From NCBI GenBank assembly GCA_002839285.1, contig PGXT01000004.1:1248-65247 (forward strand): 64,000 nucleotides of DNA, written 5' to 3'. The translations under genes were made by a program, and so were the position numbers. Of this stretch, positions 21,326 through 30,647 are shown in pieces (the first letter of the stretch is position 1; each line of letters starts with the position of its first letter). The notes under the pieces were generated by a model. The model made no database searches. It saw nothing but the letters and a program-made list of their open reading frames with translations, and was not told the origin of the DNA. Source of the stretch: Spirochaetae bacterium HGW-Spirochaetae-5 (GTDB lineage Bacteria; Spirochaetota; UBA4802; UBA5550).

Positions 21326-22654
21326 TTGAATATGAGCGAAAACAGTAAAACAATTATTGAAAAACTGACCCATCCTCTGCAAAATTTTCTGCATCAGGAG
21401 GCTTCAGGGGGAATCCTTTTAATTATCTGCACGATAATAGCATTAACATGGGCTAACTCACCCTTCGCTGCGTCGTATCATCACCTGTGGCATACCTATC
21501 TCTCAATTGACCTGGGCGGAGCCGCTTTAAAATACACACTGCACCACTGGATAAACGACGGACTCATGGTTATATTTTTCTTTGTTGTAGGTCTTGAGAT
21601 TAAGCGGGAACTGATTGCAGGCGAATTATCATCTGTAAAACAGGCTTCACTGCCCATTGCTGCTGCACTTGGCGGAATGATTGTGCCCGCGGCTATCTAT
21701 TTTGCTTTAAATTCAGGGGAAGAGGGTTCAGCAGGATGGGGAATTCCAATGGCAACTGATATTGCCTTTGTCGTTGGAATCCTTGCCCTTCTGGGGAAAC
21801 GTGTACCCCTTGCATTGAAAATATTTGTCCTGGCTCTTGCTATCGTTGACGACATCGGCGCTGTTCTTGTTATCGCCGTGTTTTACACATCGGATATTTC
21901 TGTAAACAGTCTTATACTGGCCGGTATTATACTTCTGGTATTGATTCTTATGAACAGAATAGGGGTGAGAAATTTATTACTCTATTCGCTTGCGGGGATT
22001 GTTCTATGGCTGGCTTTTCTGAAGTCAGGTGTCCATGCCACTGTGGCCGGAGTTCTCCTTGCATTTACCATTCCGGCTTCATCGAGAATCAACACAAAAA
22101 AGTTTACCGGAGATACCCAGCTTCTTCTCCATGAATTCAGCAATGCCGGTGAACATGGCGAAAATACATTGTCAAACAGTGAAAGACTTTCAATCATTGA
22201 TGAGATTGAAAACAACTGTGAAAAGATTCTGACACCGCTTCAGAAATTTGAGCATGGGCTTCATCCATGGGTTGCATTTGCCATCATGCCGGTTTTTGCA
22301 CTTGCCAATGCAGGTGTATCTATCGGAGAAGGGCTTGATTCCGCCCTGCTGCATCCGGTAAGCCTTGGAGTTATTCTTGGATTATTTTTCGGGAAACAGA
22401 TCGGAATTTTTTCTTTCTCCTTTATTGCAATTAAACTTGGACTGGCGGCTAAGCCTGAAGGTGTAAGCTGGACAAAGATCTACGGAGCATCAATACTGGC
22501 AGGTATAGGTTTTACCATGTCGCTGTTCATAGCAAATCTGGCATTTAGTTCACCGGAGCTGCTGGATGTTGCCAAAGTGGGGATTCTCACAGGTTCACTG
22601 ATTTCAGGTATAACGGGATTTTTCATTTTAAAATCGGCGCTGAAGCCGGAGTAA
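21326..22654 (+). CDS. nhaA: Na+/H+ antiporter NhaA
   Basis: WINDGLM, GLEIKRE, GWGIPMATDIAF, ALAIVDD, ANAGV, AGIGFTMSLF. Confidence 0.96.
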   Translation: MNMSENSKTIIEKLTHPLQNFLHQEASGGILLIICTIIALTWANSPFAASYHHLWHTYLSIDLGGAALKYTLHHWINDGLMVIFFFVVGLEIKRELIAGELSSVKQASLPIAAALGGMIVPAAIYFALNSGEEGSAGWGIPMATDIAFVVGILALLGKRVPLALKIFVLALAIVDDIGAVLVIAVFYTSDISVNSLILAGIILLVLILMNRIGVRNLLLYSLAGIVLWLAFLKSGVHATVAGVLLAFTIPASSRINTKKFTGDTQLLLHEFSNAGEHGENTLSNSERLSIIDEIENNCEKILTPLQKFEHGLHPWVAFAIMPVFALANAGVSIGEGLDSALLHPVSLGVILGLFFGKQIGIFSFSFIAIKLGLAAKPEGVSWTKIYGASILAGIGFTMSLFIANLAFSSPELLDVAKVGILTGSLISGITGFFILKSALKPE

Positions 22655-22666
22655 TAATTTTATATA

Positions 22667-22691
22667 TTCCCGCCGCCACCGGCGGCGGGAA
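22667..22691. repeat. GC palindrome family copy 1 (CCCGCCGCC-N3-GGCGGCGGG)
   Basis: ttcccgccgcc-acc-ggcggcgggaa just after nhaA. Confidence 0.85.
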
Positions 22692-22771
22692 TGAAGTCTG
22701 AGAGTCTGCTTTCCTCTCTGGAACTACATCACGGTATTTATCTGAACTTCTTTATAAAAAAAGTTCCGTCA

Positions 22772-23140
22772 TTAAGGATTCAAGGGTGAATTTATCTTTC
22801 TTAACCTGATTGTTTCGGGTGTTACAACAGTAAATGCGTTAAGCAGTTCATCTCCATGTTCCCTCATAACGCGTACTGCAAGCGCTGCTTTTTCGGAATT
22901 GGCAAGGCCGAAAACCCTGAATAATGCAACACCGGTTGAAATCATTTTTTTTCTGAAAACAAGTTCTCCAAAATCCTTGTCTGCAGTGAGTAAAAGAGCA
23001 TCATTTGAATTAGCTGCAGCTAAGACTTCATTATCCGGTATTCCACGTTCCATATCGAGAATATACCATATCTGATAACCTTCATTCATAAGCGCATCAG
23101 CAACCTGTCTCTCTATACTTTCATCCAATACAAGTTTCAC
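22772..23140 (-). CDS. DUF5615 PIN-like toxin
   Basis: MKLVLDESI, GIPDNEVL..A, LLTADKDFGEL. Confidence 0.88.
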   Translation of the reverse strand: MKLVLDESIERQVADALMNEGYQIWYILDMERGIPDNEVLAAANSNDALLLTADKDFGELVFRKKMISTGVALFRVFGLANSEKAALAVRVMREHGDELLNAFTVVTPETIRLRKINSPLNP

Positions 23141-23141
23141 T

Positions 23142-23369
23142 TTACGCGCTGACCGGGTATATTATATCTGATTTTAATGCCTTCGCAGCAAAATTAAGCG
23201 CTGCGTATATTGCTTCCTGTGTCAGCTGCGGATGTGCTTCAAGTATCTGGCCGATAGATTCTCCATATGAAAGCTTTTCCAGTATCAGCTCTACTGTAAT
23301 TCTTGTACCCGCGATTACAGGCTTCCCCATCATTATTTCAGGGTCGGATGTTATTAAATTTAAATTCAT
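23142..23369 (-). CDS. DUF433 antitoxin
   Basis: ITSDPEIMMGKPVIAGTRITVELIL..HPQLT.EAIYAAL. Confidence 0.9.
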   Translation of the reverse strand: MNLNLITSDPEIMMGKPVIAGTRITVELILEKLSYGESIGQILEAHPQLTQEAIYAALNFAAKALKSDIIYPVSA

Positions 23370-23622
23370 CTTAATTACCTTTTTAATAATTTAATGAACT
23401 CAACTTTAGATACTATGTCAAGAATATTTATCTGCGAAAATGTCCGAATCCGGATGGAGTTTTGTTCAACGTTCTGAATATTCTGAAAATTTTCTATAAA
23501 AAACGTTAAATCATAGAGAAAAAATACTAAACTCAAACATGCTGACGGAATGGACTGAAGTTTTTTGTATGAATATGAGTAGAGGTGATAGAATGTTAAC
23601 CTGAAAAAATAGAAGTATATAT

Positions 23623-23649
23623 ATCCCCGCCGCCACCGGCGGCGGGGAT
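23623..23649. repeat. GC palindrome family copy 2
   Basis: atccccgccgcc-acc-ggcggcggggat. Confidence 0.85.
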
Positions 23650-23676
23650 GATAAAATCTTTCCGTAAATAATAAAT

Positions 23677-24552
23677 CTATTTCTTAAACAACTGCTTGGC
23701 AGATTCAAGAAGGTCCGGAGGAAGTAATACAAATTTGCTGTTCGCGGACTCTCCCAGTTTTACAAGGCCCTTGACATACTCCTGACCTAGAAGATAAGTA
23801 ACAGGGTCCCCTCCGCTGGTTTTGAGGGATTTTGAAACCATTTCAATCGCATTAGCTTCAGCCTGGGCGAGCCTCTCTCTTGCCTCGGCATCACGCTCAG
23901 CTGACTCTTTACGTCCTTCAGCAGCAAGTATCTGCGCACGCTTCACACCCTCAGCCTCACGCTCGGCAGCCTCTTTCTTTGCTTCAGCTTCAAGAATCCG
24001 GGCTCTCTTCTCTCTCTCGGCTTTCATCTGAAGTGTCATTGCATTTACAATATCATCAGGGGGCTGAATATCTTTGATCTCGACACGGGTAATTTTAGTC
24101 CCCCAGGCATCTGTTGCTTCGTCAAGAGTTACAAGAAGATCGGCATTAATCTTTTCCCGCGATGACAGAGACTCATCAAGGGTCATTCTTCCCAGAATTG
24201 AACGGATATTGGTCTGCGCAAGATTCTGAATAGCGTAATGAAGATTCTGAATTCCGTAATAAGCCTTGTAAGTATCCATAATTTTAAAATAAACAATACC
24301 ATCAACTTCAAGAGATGCATTATCGCTTGTTATTGTACCCTGCTTCGGTAAATCAAGAACACTCTCTCTTATATCGATCTTTACAGCTACCCTTGAGAAA
24401 ATCGGATTTATAAGATTAAGTCCGGGATTAAGCGTTTCGGCATATTTACCGAATCTTTCCACGATCCAGTTCTCGGCCTGAGGAACGATGCGAACACTCT
24501 TCATGATAAGGAAAAGAACAAACAATCCAATTGCTATGGGGAAATACAACAT
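23677..24552 (-). CDS. SPFH/band 7 (QmcA/stomatin-like) protein
   Basis: IVERFGKY, ITSDNA, LAQTNIRS.LG.MTLD, WGTKITRVEIKDI, QMKAEREKRA. Confidence 0.93.
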   Translation of the reverse strand: MLYFPIAIGLFVLFLIMKSVRIVPQAENWIVERFGKYAETLNPGLNLINPIFSRVAVKIDIRESVLDLPKQGTITSDNASLEVDGIVYFKIMDTYKAYYGIQNLHYAIQNLAQTNIRSILGRMTLDESLSSREKINADLLVTLDEATDAWGTKITRVEIKDIQPPDDIVNAMTLQMKAEREKRARILEAEAKKEAAEREAEGVKRAQILAAEGRKESAERDAEARERLAQAEANAIEMVSKSLKTSGGDPVTYLLGQEYVKGLVKLGESANSKFVLLPPDLLESAKQLFKK

Positions 24553-24569
24553 AGAGACCTCCAGTTATT

Positions 24570-25022
24570 TTAAACATGTTTTACAATAAGTTTGATGCCG
24601 TTGGCATCGGTGACAAGAACTTCATCTCCGGCCTCGATAATTTCAGCCGATTCTGCCTGCCATTTTTTTATACCGTGATAACCGGTATAAAGTTCAACCT
24701 CTCCGGGTATCCCCGGAGCAATTTTTGATACCGCTTTGCCCCTTATGTTCTGAAGGGTTGCATCACGTGATGAATCGATTACTCTGCTCTGGAATCTTTT
24801 TTTTAAGATCAGCTGCCATAAACCGAGCATTGACAGTGAAGCAAGAAAGAAAAAGATCCATTGCCACTCTGCGCTCACTGGCGACAAAACACCGATGAAC
24901 ACAAAAAGAGCAGTCAAAAGTCCCCCTGCCCCGAACCAGAAGATAATAAATCCCGGCATAACTATTTCAAGAGCCATAAGAATTATGCCGATTGCAAGCC
25001 AGGTGATTGGTGAAAAAGCCAT
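24570..25022 (-). CDS. NfeD-family membrane protein
   Basis: WLAIGIILMALEI..PGF..FWFG; C-terminal OB-fold-like W.AES; paired with SPFH gene. Confidence 0.85.
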   Translation of the reverse strand: MAFSPITWLAIGIILMALEIVMPGFIIFWFGAGGLLTALFVFIGVLSPVSAEWQWIFFFLASLSMLGLWQLILKKRFQSRVIDSSRDATLQNIRGKAVSKIAPGIPGEVELYTGYHGIKKWQAESAEIIEAGDEVLVTDANGIKLIVKHV

Positions 25023-25086
25023 TCTCTTTAATCTCCATTCAGTAGTTATTACTAATTATAACTTTCGGTGTAAAAAATAATTATAT

Positions 25087-25113
25087 ATCCCCGACGCCTT
25101 CGATGGTGGAGAT
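25087..25113. repeat. GC palindrome family copy 3 (degenerate)
   Basis: atccccgacgcc-ttc-gatggtggagat with the same ttatatatcccc left flank. Confidence 0.65.
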
Positions 25114-25473
25114 AATAAGACCTTTTTTATTTTCGAAAAGTTAAGGTATAAATTGTTACTGACTTAATAATGGTTAATGAAATGTATAATTGCAACAAAA
25201 AAAGTGAGTCATATACTCTTTATTCAACGGAGATTGATTAAGACAATTCCTATCACGATCTTTCCACCGTCGGCATTAACAGATCATTACAGGAAGTTAG
25301 TGCCGGTTATCACTCAAAGTTACATATTATATATTTTTTATCGTGATTTCTGATTATATAAAATTACTATAGATATGAAGAGATTATTGTTTCACGGGAT
25401 TTTTATTTAATTTTTTAAGTAGTTATTCCTAAATATAATTTTTAGTGTAAAAACAGGAATTATATATCCCTGC

Positions 25474-25641
25474 AAACTTTCCGAACTCACCCCCGACCCC
25501 TCTCTTTGAAAAGAAAGAGAGGGGAGTTTAAGGAAAAGAATTCATTGTGTTTTTCAGGAGAGTGTTTTGTTTTACGAAGCCCCTCTTTTTTTCATCAAAG
25601 AGAGGGGCGCGGCGGCAGCCGGGGGTGAGTGTGAAAAGTTT
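25474..25641. mobile_element. MITE-like miniature inverted-repeat element
   Basis: 11-bp perfect TIR actcacccccg/cgggggtgagt (22 bp imperfect) enclosing two cccctct..agagggg hairpins. Confidence 0.6.
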
Positions 25642-25781
25642 TTAAAAAAAATCTATCCGGTCAAAGCACTGGTCAATTCAAGATTATAAAAAATGAATTG
25701 ATTAACATAAACATATCCTATCATGTCTCACTGTGTTAAAATACTGATTCAGCAGTTTTAAAATAAACAACCGGAGTTCAA

Positions 25782-25979
25782 ATGGAAATTGAAGAAAAAA
25801 TAATATCGCTGGAGACAAAAATCGCCTATCTTGAAAACTTTATCGCCGATCTTAATCAGGTGGTAATCGATCAGGAAAGAATGATAAAAGCACTCTCTCT
25901 CGAGACCGAAACGATAAAAAAAGAGATTGAAGAGAAAAAGGAGAAACTTCCGGAAGGGGAGAAACCGCCGCACTACTGA
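25782..25979 (+). CDS. slyX: SlyX-family protein
   Basis: LETKIAYLE..I.DLNQVVIDQ...EKPPHY. Confidence 0.9.
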   Translation: MEIEEKIISLETKIAYLENFIADLNQVVIDQERMIKALSLETETIKKEIEEKKEKLPEGEKPPHY

Positions 25980-26042
25980 TAAACGGGAAATTATAATCTT
26001 CCCGGGCAATGCCATACACCAGGGAAGATTATATTAATAATA

Positions 26043-26993
26043 CTATTTTGTTGACCCATGCGTTCCTGATCCGTCAGGAGCATATTTTATACCGGTTCTT
26101 GCGTCTTCAAAAAACCACTCCATCCAGTCCTCTTCCCCCTCTTCCCATATCTGAACGTTTGAATCATTTCTGTAACTCTTTGCTGTGCAGACAACAGAAC
26201 CGTTATGTGCATAAATTTTCCATCGTCCATCTCCAATATATTTAAAACCGAAAATCTGATTGCTCCCTCCATGGCCGCTCCAGATGAGAACATTAGTTCC
26301 ATTCTCTTTTTTATTCCCGGCCACATCAACCACTCCGCCGTTTCTCGATTCTATATAATACATTCCATTCCCGGCACTTCTGAATCTGAACTGCTGATCC
26401 AATCCTCTATCCTTCGAATATAAAGCGAGGTTATCCCCTCTCTTGTATATTCCAGGGTTTCCCGGCTGATCCCAGTACCCGAGATTTTCACTCCCCGACT
26501 GTACTGATTTTATGTAGAAAAATCTGTTTTCAGGCACAGAGTCAAATTTCTGCGGCTCTTTATTGTCAGAGGGGATATCTTCATCTGTATATATATCAGG
26601 TCTGATGTCCGGTTTAATATCAGGTATAATATCCGGCTTGATCTCTGTTCCGGAACCGCTCCCGCCTGCTGCAAGAAGCGAAGGTATGGATTCAGTAAAC
26701 CCTTTCAGATCGGGCATACTGAAATAGGTTTGACCATTAATGACGACCACCGGCATGGAGATACTTCTCGCCGGTTTGCCGGAATCACTTATCGCTCTCC
26801 ACATTTTCATATTGTTATCTTTATCAGATGTTGAATATTCAGTATAAGGAATATTATTCTTTTTAAGATAGCTGATTGTATAGCTGCATCGTCCGCATCC
26901 CGGCATTGTATATATTGTCACTTCCGCCTTTCCCTCTGCAAACAAGGTAATTGAAGTTAAAACAAAAAATGCAAAAAATATTATTCTTTTCAT
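26043..26993 (-). CDS. Secreted glutaredoxin-like + ricin-type beta-trefoil protein
   Basis: Signal peptide MKRIIFF..LFA; IYTMPGCGRC..MPVVVING; (IKPD)n linker; trefoil with GYWDQPG, QQFRF, QIFGF, WMEW. Confidence 0.8.
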   Translation of the reverse strand: MKRIIFFAFFVLTSITLFAEGKAEVTIYTMPGCGRCSYTISYLKKNNIPYTEYSTSDKDNNMKMWRAISDSGKPARSISMPVVVINGQTYFSMPDLKGFTESIPSLLAAGGSGSGTEIKPDIIPDIKPDIRPDIYTDEDIPSDNKEPQKFDSVPENRFFYIKSVQSGSENLGYWDQPGNPGIYKRGDNLALYSKDRGLDQQFRFRSAGNGMYYIESRNGGVVDVAGNKKENGTNVLIWSGHGGSNQIFGFKYIGDGRWKIYAHNGSVVCTAKSYRNDSNVQIWEEGEEDWMEWFFEDARTGIKYAPDGSGTHGSTK

Positions 26994-27190
26994 GTGACCT
27001 CTCCATTTTCTCATAAATCAAAAATATATGATTATATTAAACAATCATTTCTAATGGAGTCAGGCAATCATAATTTCACTATCGCTTTGAAATTATATCT
27101 ACTCAAGTATTAGTGTTAAAACCGCTTTACACTGCACTGGAACACTGCGCAAACATATACAACTGCAATTTACCGGCTGCTGAAGAAAAT

Positions 27191-27226
27191 AACATCCCGG
27201 CCAGAGCACAATCCGGCCGGGATGTT
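27191..27226. terminator. Inverted repeat downstream of the transglutaminase-like gene
   Basis: aacatcccggcc / ggccgggatgtt 12-bp stem. Confidence 0.6.
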
Positions 27227-27233
27227 TACACTT

Positions 27234-29186
27234 TCACTTTTTAACCGTCAGAGTAAATCCATCCTGCTCACCGGACATATCAAGAACCGTCCCTGTTTTA
27301 TCAACCTTTCCGCTATAAAGATAATCATCGGCTGCACCAGAAGTGTAGATCCCGTTTTTAAACGTAATGGTTCTGATAAATTTAGAGGATCTCTTTACCA
27401 TCCCCTTCGGTCCCTCGACCATACCGACGCTTGAAATTTCAACATCTACCGAATTTCCATTTATTTTTTTTACAACGGCAGTGCCTTTACTGCTGTATAC
27501 CATCCCGCCGGCTGAATATGTAAATTTTTTATTTTTTATGAAAAACTCCGGCTTATTTTTTTCGGCAATCAATGCTCTGACTTTAGCAGGATCTCCGCAA
27601 TAAGGGACTTTAGTAATTGCTGATCCGGGAAGAAGAACAGCCTCGAAGCATTTTGTAAAATCATAGCTTGTGTTTTCATTTGTAAAGTAGGGATTCACTG
27701 CAAATGTCTCCGGCGTTGTCCCGAGGTTTACACCGGCTGCCTGCGGATCGATTGAGTACCATCTGTTATTGATATTCACTGCAATAACCCAGTGTTCAAC
27801 AATCCAGCTCATATCGTAATTGAATTTAGAGATAAAGAATTTGTCGGCAGGTAGTCCTGCAGCATACAGCAATGTCGCCGCACCCTGTGAATGGCTTGTG
27901 CAGTTTCCAAGCGGGATGAATCCGTATTTTGCATAAGTATCGGCATACTCTTCGATTGTAGGCCAGCGTTTTACCGATTTTAATCCCCCTGCCTGAGCCG
28001 GATTATTGTATGCATTACGGAAAAGAAACTCCATTGCTTCAGTCACTTTCGGATCCTTTGTTCCCATTGAAGGTTTTACATTCTTTTTTAGAAAACTCCA
28101 CACACTGTTAACTCGTGTAACCATTTCGGCATCAGTTGACACTTTACCATTACCGCCGAGTTCTTTTATCAGCGCATTCACCGATGGTGTTCTTTTATTA
28201 ATATCTGTAAAGAAAAAGTCATCTCTTCTTGTGATGATTCCATTTTTAAAATAAAAGACACCATTCTCTTCATAATAATACTTTTTTCCTCTGTATCTTG
28301 TATCAAGAAGAATATAATTCTCCGCATCATAAGATTCCGATGCAATTTCTACTGTTCTGTCCCCTCTTGACGGGTAGATTAAAGTCTGTACAGTCTCACG
28401 ATCGGGGTGATTGGCAAGAAGCATAAGAGTCTGTTCTGCAGAGTACTTTTCAGGCAGAATAAATTTACCTGTATTATCAGTTTCAATCGTCTCACCCTTA
28501 ACATATTGGTTTTTCGGATCTTTCGGATTGAAGTACCAGACATCTATAGAATAGGAATCTACACGCTGCGTGCGTCTGGTTCCGCTTTTTGAATCAATGC
28601 TGTATGTTTTTACAACACCGGTTATCTGCGTTGCGGGGGGAATGTATTTCCGGTTCTGCGGATTTATAATGTACCACTCCATCCATGGCCCGTTATGGTC
28701 AGCCCAGGTGTGGACATTGGATCCGTCTTCAAAATTGCGCGGAGTGCAGAGAACCCTCCCCCAGTACGTGAATATTTTCCATCGTCCTTCGCCAAGATGT
28801 ACAAACCGGAATTTCTGGGAAACGGTTCCATTGGGACTCCACATCTGAACATTAACTCCGTCACCGTTTTTACCTCCTGCAACATCGACATAACCCTTGT
28901 TAGCTGAAACAATATTATACCATCCGTCACCTGCAGGTATAAATCTGTAAAACTGGTCATTGGTGGACTCCCGGCTCCATAGACCAAGATTGTCTCCCTG
29001 CTTGAACTGATTGTTTCGCCCGGGCTGGTCCCACTCCCCCTTTAAAGAAGACTCTCCGGCCTGTACTGATTTGATACGGAAATATCCATCAGGAGCCTTG
29101 TCGAACTTCATCTGGGCAATGGCTGCATTAATTGAAAGAATGAATACAACTGAGAAGAATAAAAATCTTAATTTTTGAAAATTCAT
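27234..29186 (-). CDS. Secreted ricin-type lectin + transglutaminase-like domain + unknown C-terminal beta domain
   Basis: Signal peptide; trefoil GEWDQPG..QFYRF..QKFRF..WMEW; putative Cys-His-Asp in GNCTSHS / EHWVIAV / WYSIDP. Confidence 0.75.
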   Translation of the reverse strand: MNFQKLRFLFFSVVFILSINAAIAQMKFDKAPDGYFRIKSVQAGESSLKGEWDQPGRNNQFKQGDNLGLWSRESTNDQFYRFIPAGDGWYNIVSANKGYVDVAGGKNGDGVNVQMWSPNGTVSQKFRFVHLGEGRWKIFTYWGRVLCTPRNFEDGSNVHTWADHNGPWMEWYIINPQNRKYIPPATQITGVVKTYSIDSKSGTRRTQRVDSYSIDVWYFNPKDPKNQYVKGETIETDNTGKFILPEKYSAEQTLMLLANHPDRETVQTLIYPSRGDRTVEIASESYDAENYILLDTRYRGKKYYYEENGVFYFKNGIITRRDDFFFTDINKRTPSVNALIKELGGNGKVSTDAEMVTRVNSVWSFLKKNVKPSMGTKDPKVTEAMEFLFRNAYNNPAQAGGLKSVKRWPTIEEYADTYAKYGFIPLGNCTSHSQGAATLLYAAGLPADKFFISKFNYDMSWIVEHWVIAVNINNRWYSIDPQAAGVNLGTTPETFAVNPYFTNENTSYDFTKCFEAVLLPGSAITKVPYCGDPAKVRALIAEKNKPEFFIKNKKFTYSAGGMVYSSKGTAVVKKINGNSVDVEISSVGMVEGPKGMVKRSSKFIRTITFKNGIYTSGAADDYLYSGKVDKTGTVLDMSGEQDGFTLTVKK

Positions 29187-29451
29187 ATTTAAACACCTGT
29201 AGAATTAAATTATACAAAAAAGAAACAAATCGCGGGATGCAATTCATACAGATTCACATCCCGCTTCAGAGATTGCCATTAACTGATTTTTATAATACTA
29301 TTATTTTTAAGGCGCTGCTGTCCATATGAACACCTTGAGTTTATTTTAAATTGTTAACTATTGAGTTTTTAATAAAAAAAGGGATAGAAGGTAACTCTTA
29401 CTAAACGAAACCATCTATCCCCATAATCAATTCTGCATCAATCTATATCAG

Positions 29452-30438
29452 TTAATTAATTTTCTCTGCAGTTACAGTGATATAACCCTTTGCAGTAGAA
29501 TCTTTTTCACTGCGTGCCACATCATTAATCTGCTCAACGAATTTTCCTTTAAGGAGGTTCTCCGCAAAATTGCTTCCGGCCTTTACCTCCGCTTCAGAGA
29601 TGGCTTTGTACATACTTCTTCTTGCTTCAACATCCTTGTTATCCTTAACCGCCTTGACAAGATTAAGAATAGCAGCCCATTGATCAGAAGTCTTCATATC
29701 ATTTAGATATGCCTGAAGCTCACCATTTGCATTTTCATTTTTAAATTTTTCTCCATCAGCCATCTGAAAATACTGTGTCCCGGGAGTCTTATACGAAATA
29801 GAATCTTTCAAAACACCTTTATAAGATGAGTTAGTCGATGATGAACTTCTAGTTGAAGCAGGAATAAAAGATTTTAGTGTTGCAAGATCATAGAATACCC
29901 AGACTGCATCATTGCCGTTATGATCCGGTTTTACAACAATTTTTGAACCATTCTTAGCACTGTTATTATCAACACACATTACATACCCGGGTTTAACATA
30001 TATTTTCCATTTATCCCCGCCGATATTCTTCAATTCAAAAGCATCAATTCCGGAACGTGCTTCAATTTTTCCGTTTCCTGGAATATAATTAACACCCCAG
30101 TTCATTTCTCTGGCAAATCTTATAAAATATTTACCTGCCGCACTATTCTGGCCGGGACTGAATGAAAAAAGTCTGTCATCAGGATCTCCCTGCTCTCTCT
30201 GATAGACACCCATTTCCATCCATTTGGTTCCTTTCAGGTTGCCGTCAGTTTTTCTTGCCGTACCCGGTACATCCCAGAATCCATATCCTGACTTGCCTGC
30301 TTCAAGAGCCGATTGTATTAAAAATGCTCTGTTGCTGAATCCGTACTGATCAAAAGCCTGCTGAGCGTAAATGTTTACAGCTGACATCATAAAGATTGAA
30401 ATTGAAACTATAAATAATCTGATTCTTTTGTTTTTCAT
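29452..30438 (-). CDS. Secreted protein with divergent beta-trefoil and helical C-terminal domain
   Basis: Signal peptide ending IYA-QQ; IQSALE..GFWDVPG..NGSKIVVKPDHNG.DA.WVFYD shared with 30648..31631. Confidence 0.75.
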   Translation of the reverse strand: MKNKRIRLFIVSISIFMMSAVNIYAQQAFDQYGFSNRAFLIQSALEAGKSGYGFWDVPGTARKTDGNLKGTKWMEMGVYQREQGDPDDRLFSFSPGQNSAAGKYFIRFAREMNWGVNYIPGNGKIEARSGIDAFELKNIGGDKWKIYVKPGYVMCVDNNSAKNGSKIVVKPDHNGNDAVWVFYDLATLKSFIPASTRSSSSTNSSYKGVLKDSISYKTPGTQYFQMADGEKFKNENANGELQAYLNDMKTSDQWAAILNLVKAVKDNKDVEARRSMYKAISEAEVKAGSNFAENLLKGKFVEQINDVARSEKDSTAKGYITVTAEKIN

Positions 30439-30528
30439 GCTGACCTCTTATTTTTTATTTAAAACCGGATTTTACTTATTAAATCAGTATTTATACCTTA
30501 ACTTTTCCAATGTAAAACAAGCTCAATT

Positions 30529-30555
30529 ATCCCCGCCGCCGAAGGCGGCGGGGAT
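30529..30555. repeat. GC palindrome family copy 4 (inverted relative to copies 2-3)
   Basis: atccccgccgcc-gaa-ggcggcggggat. Confidence 0.85.
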
Positions 30556-30647
30556 ATAATTTTTTTGTTTTTTACTCTAAAAATTATATTAGGAATAATT
30601 ACTGTTATTAAATTATATTTTATTCAGGACAAAGCAGATCCTTCAAA

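Noticed and set aside
22667-25113. Integron cassette array (palindromes as attC sites)
   Set aside because: No RYYYAAC/GTTRRRY cores, hairpins too short, and no integrase in the window.
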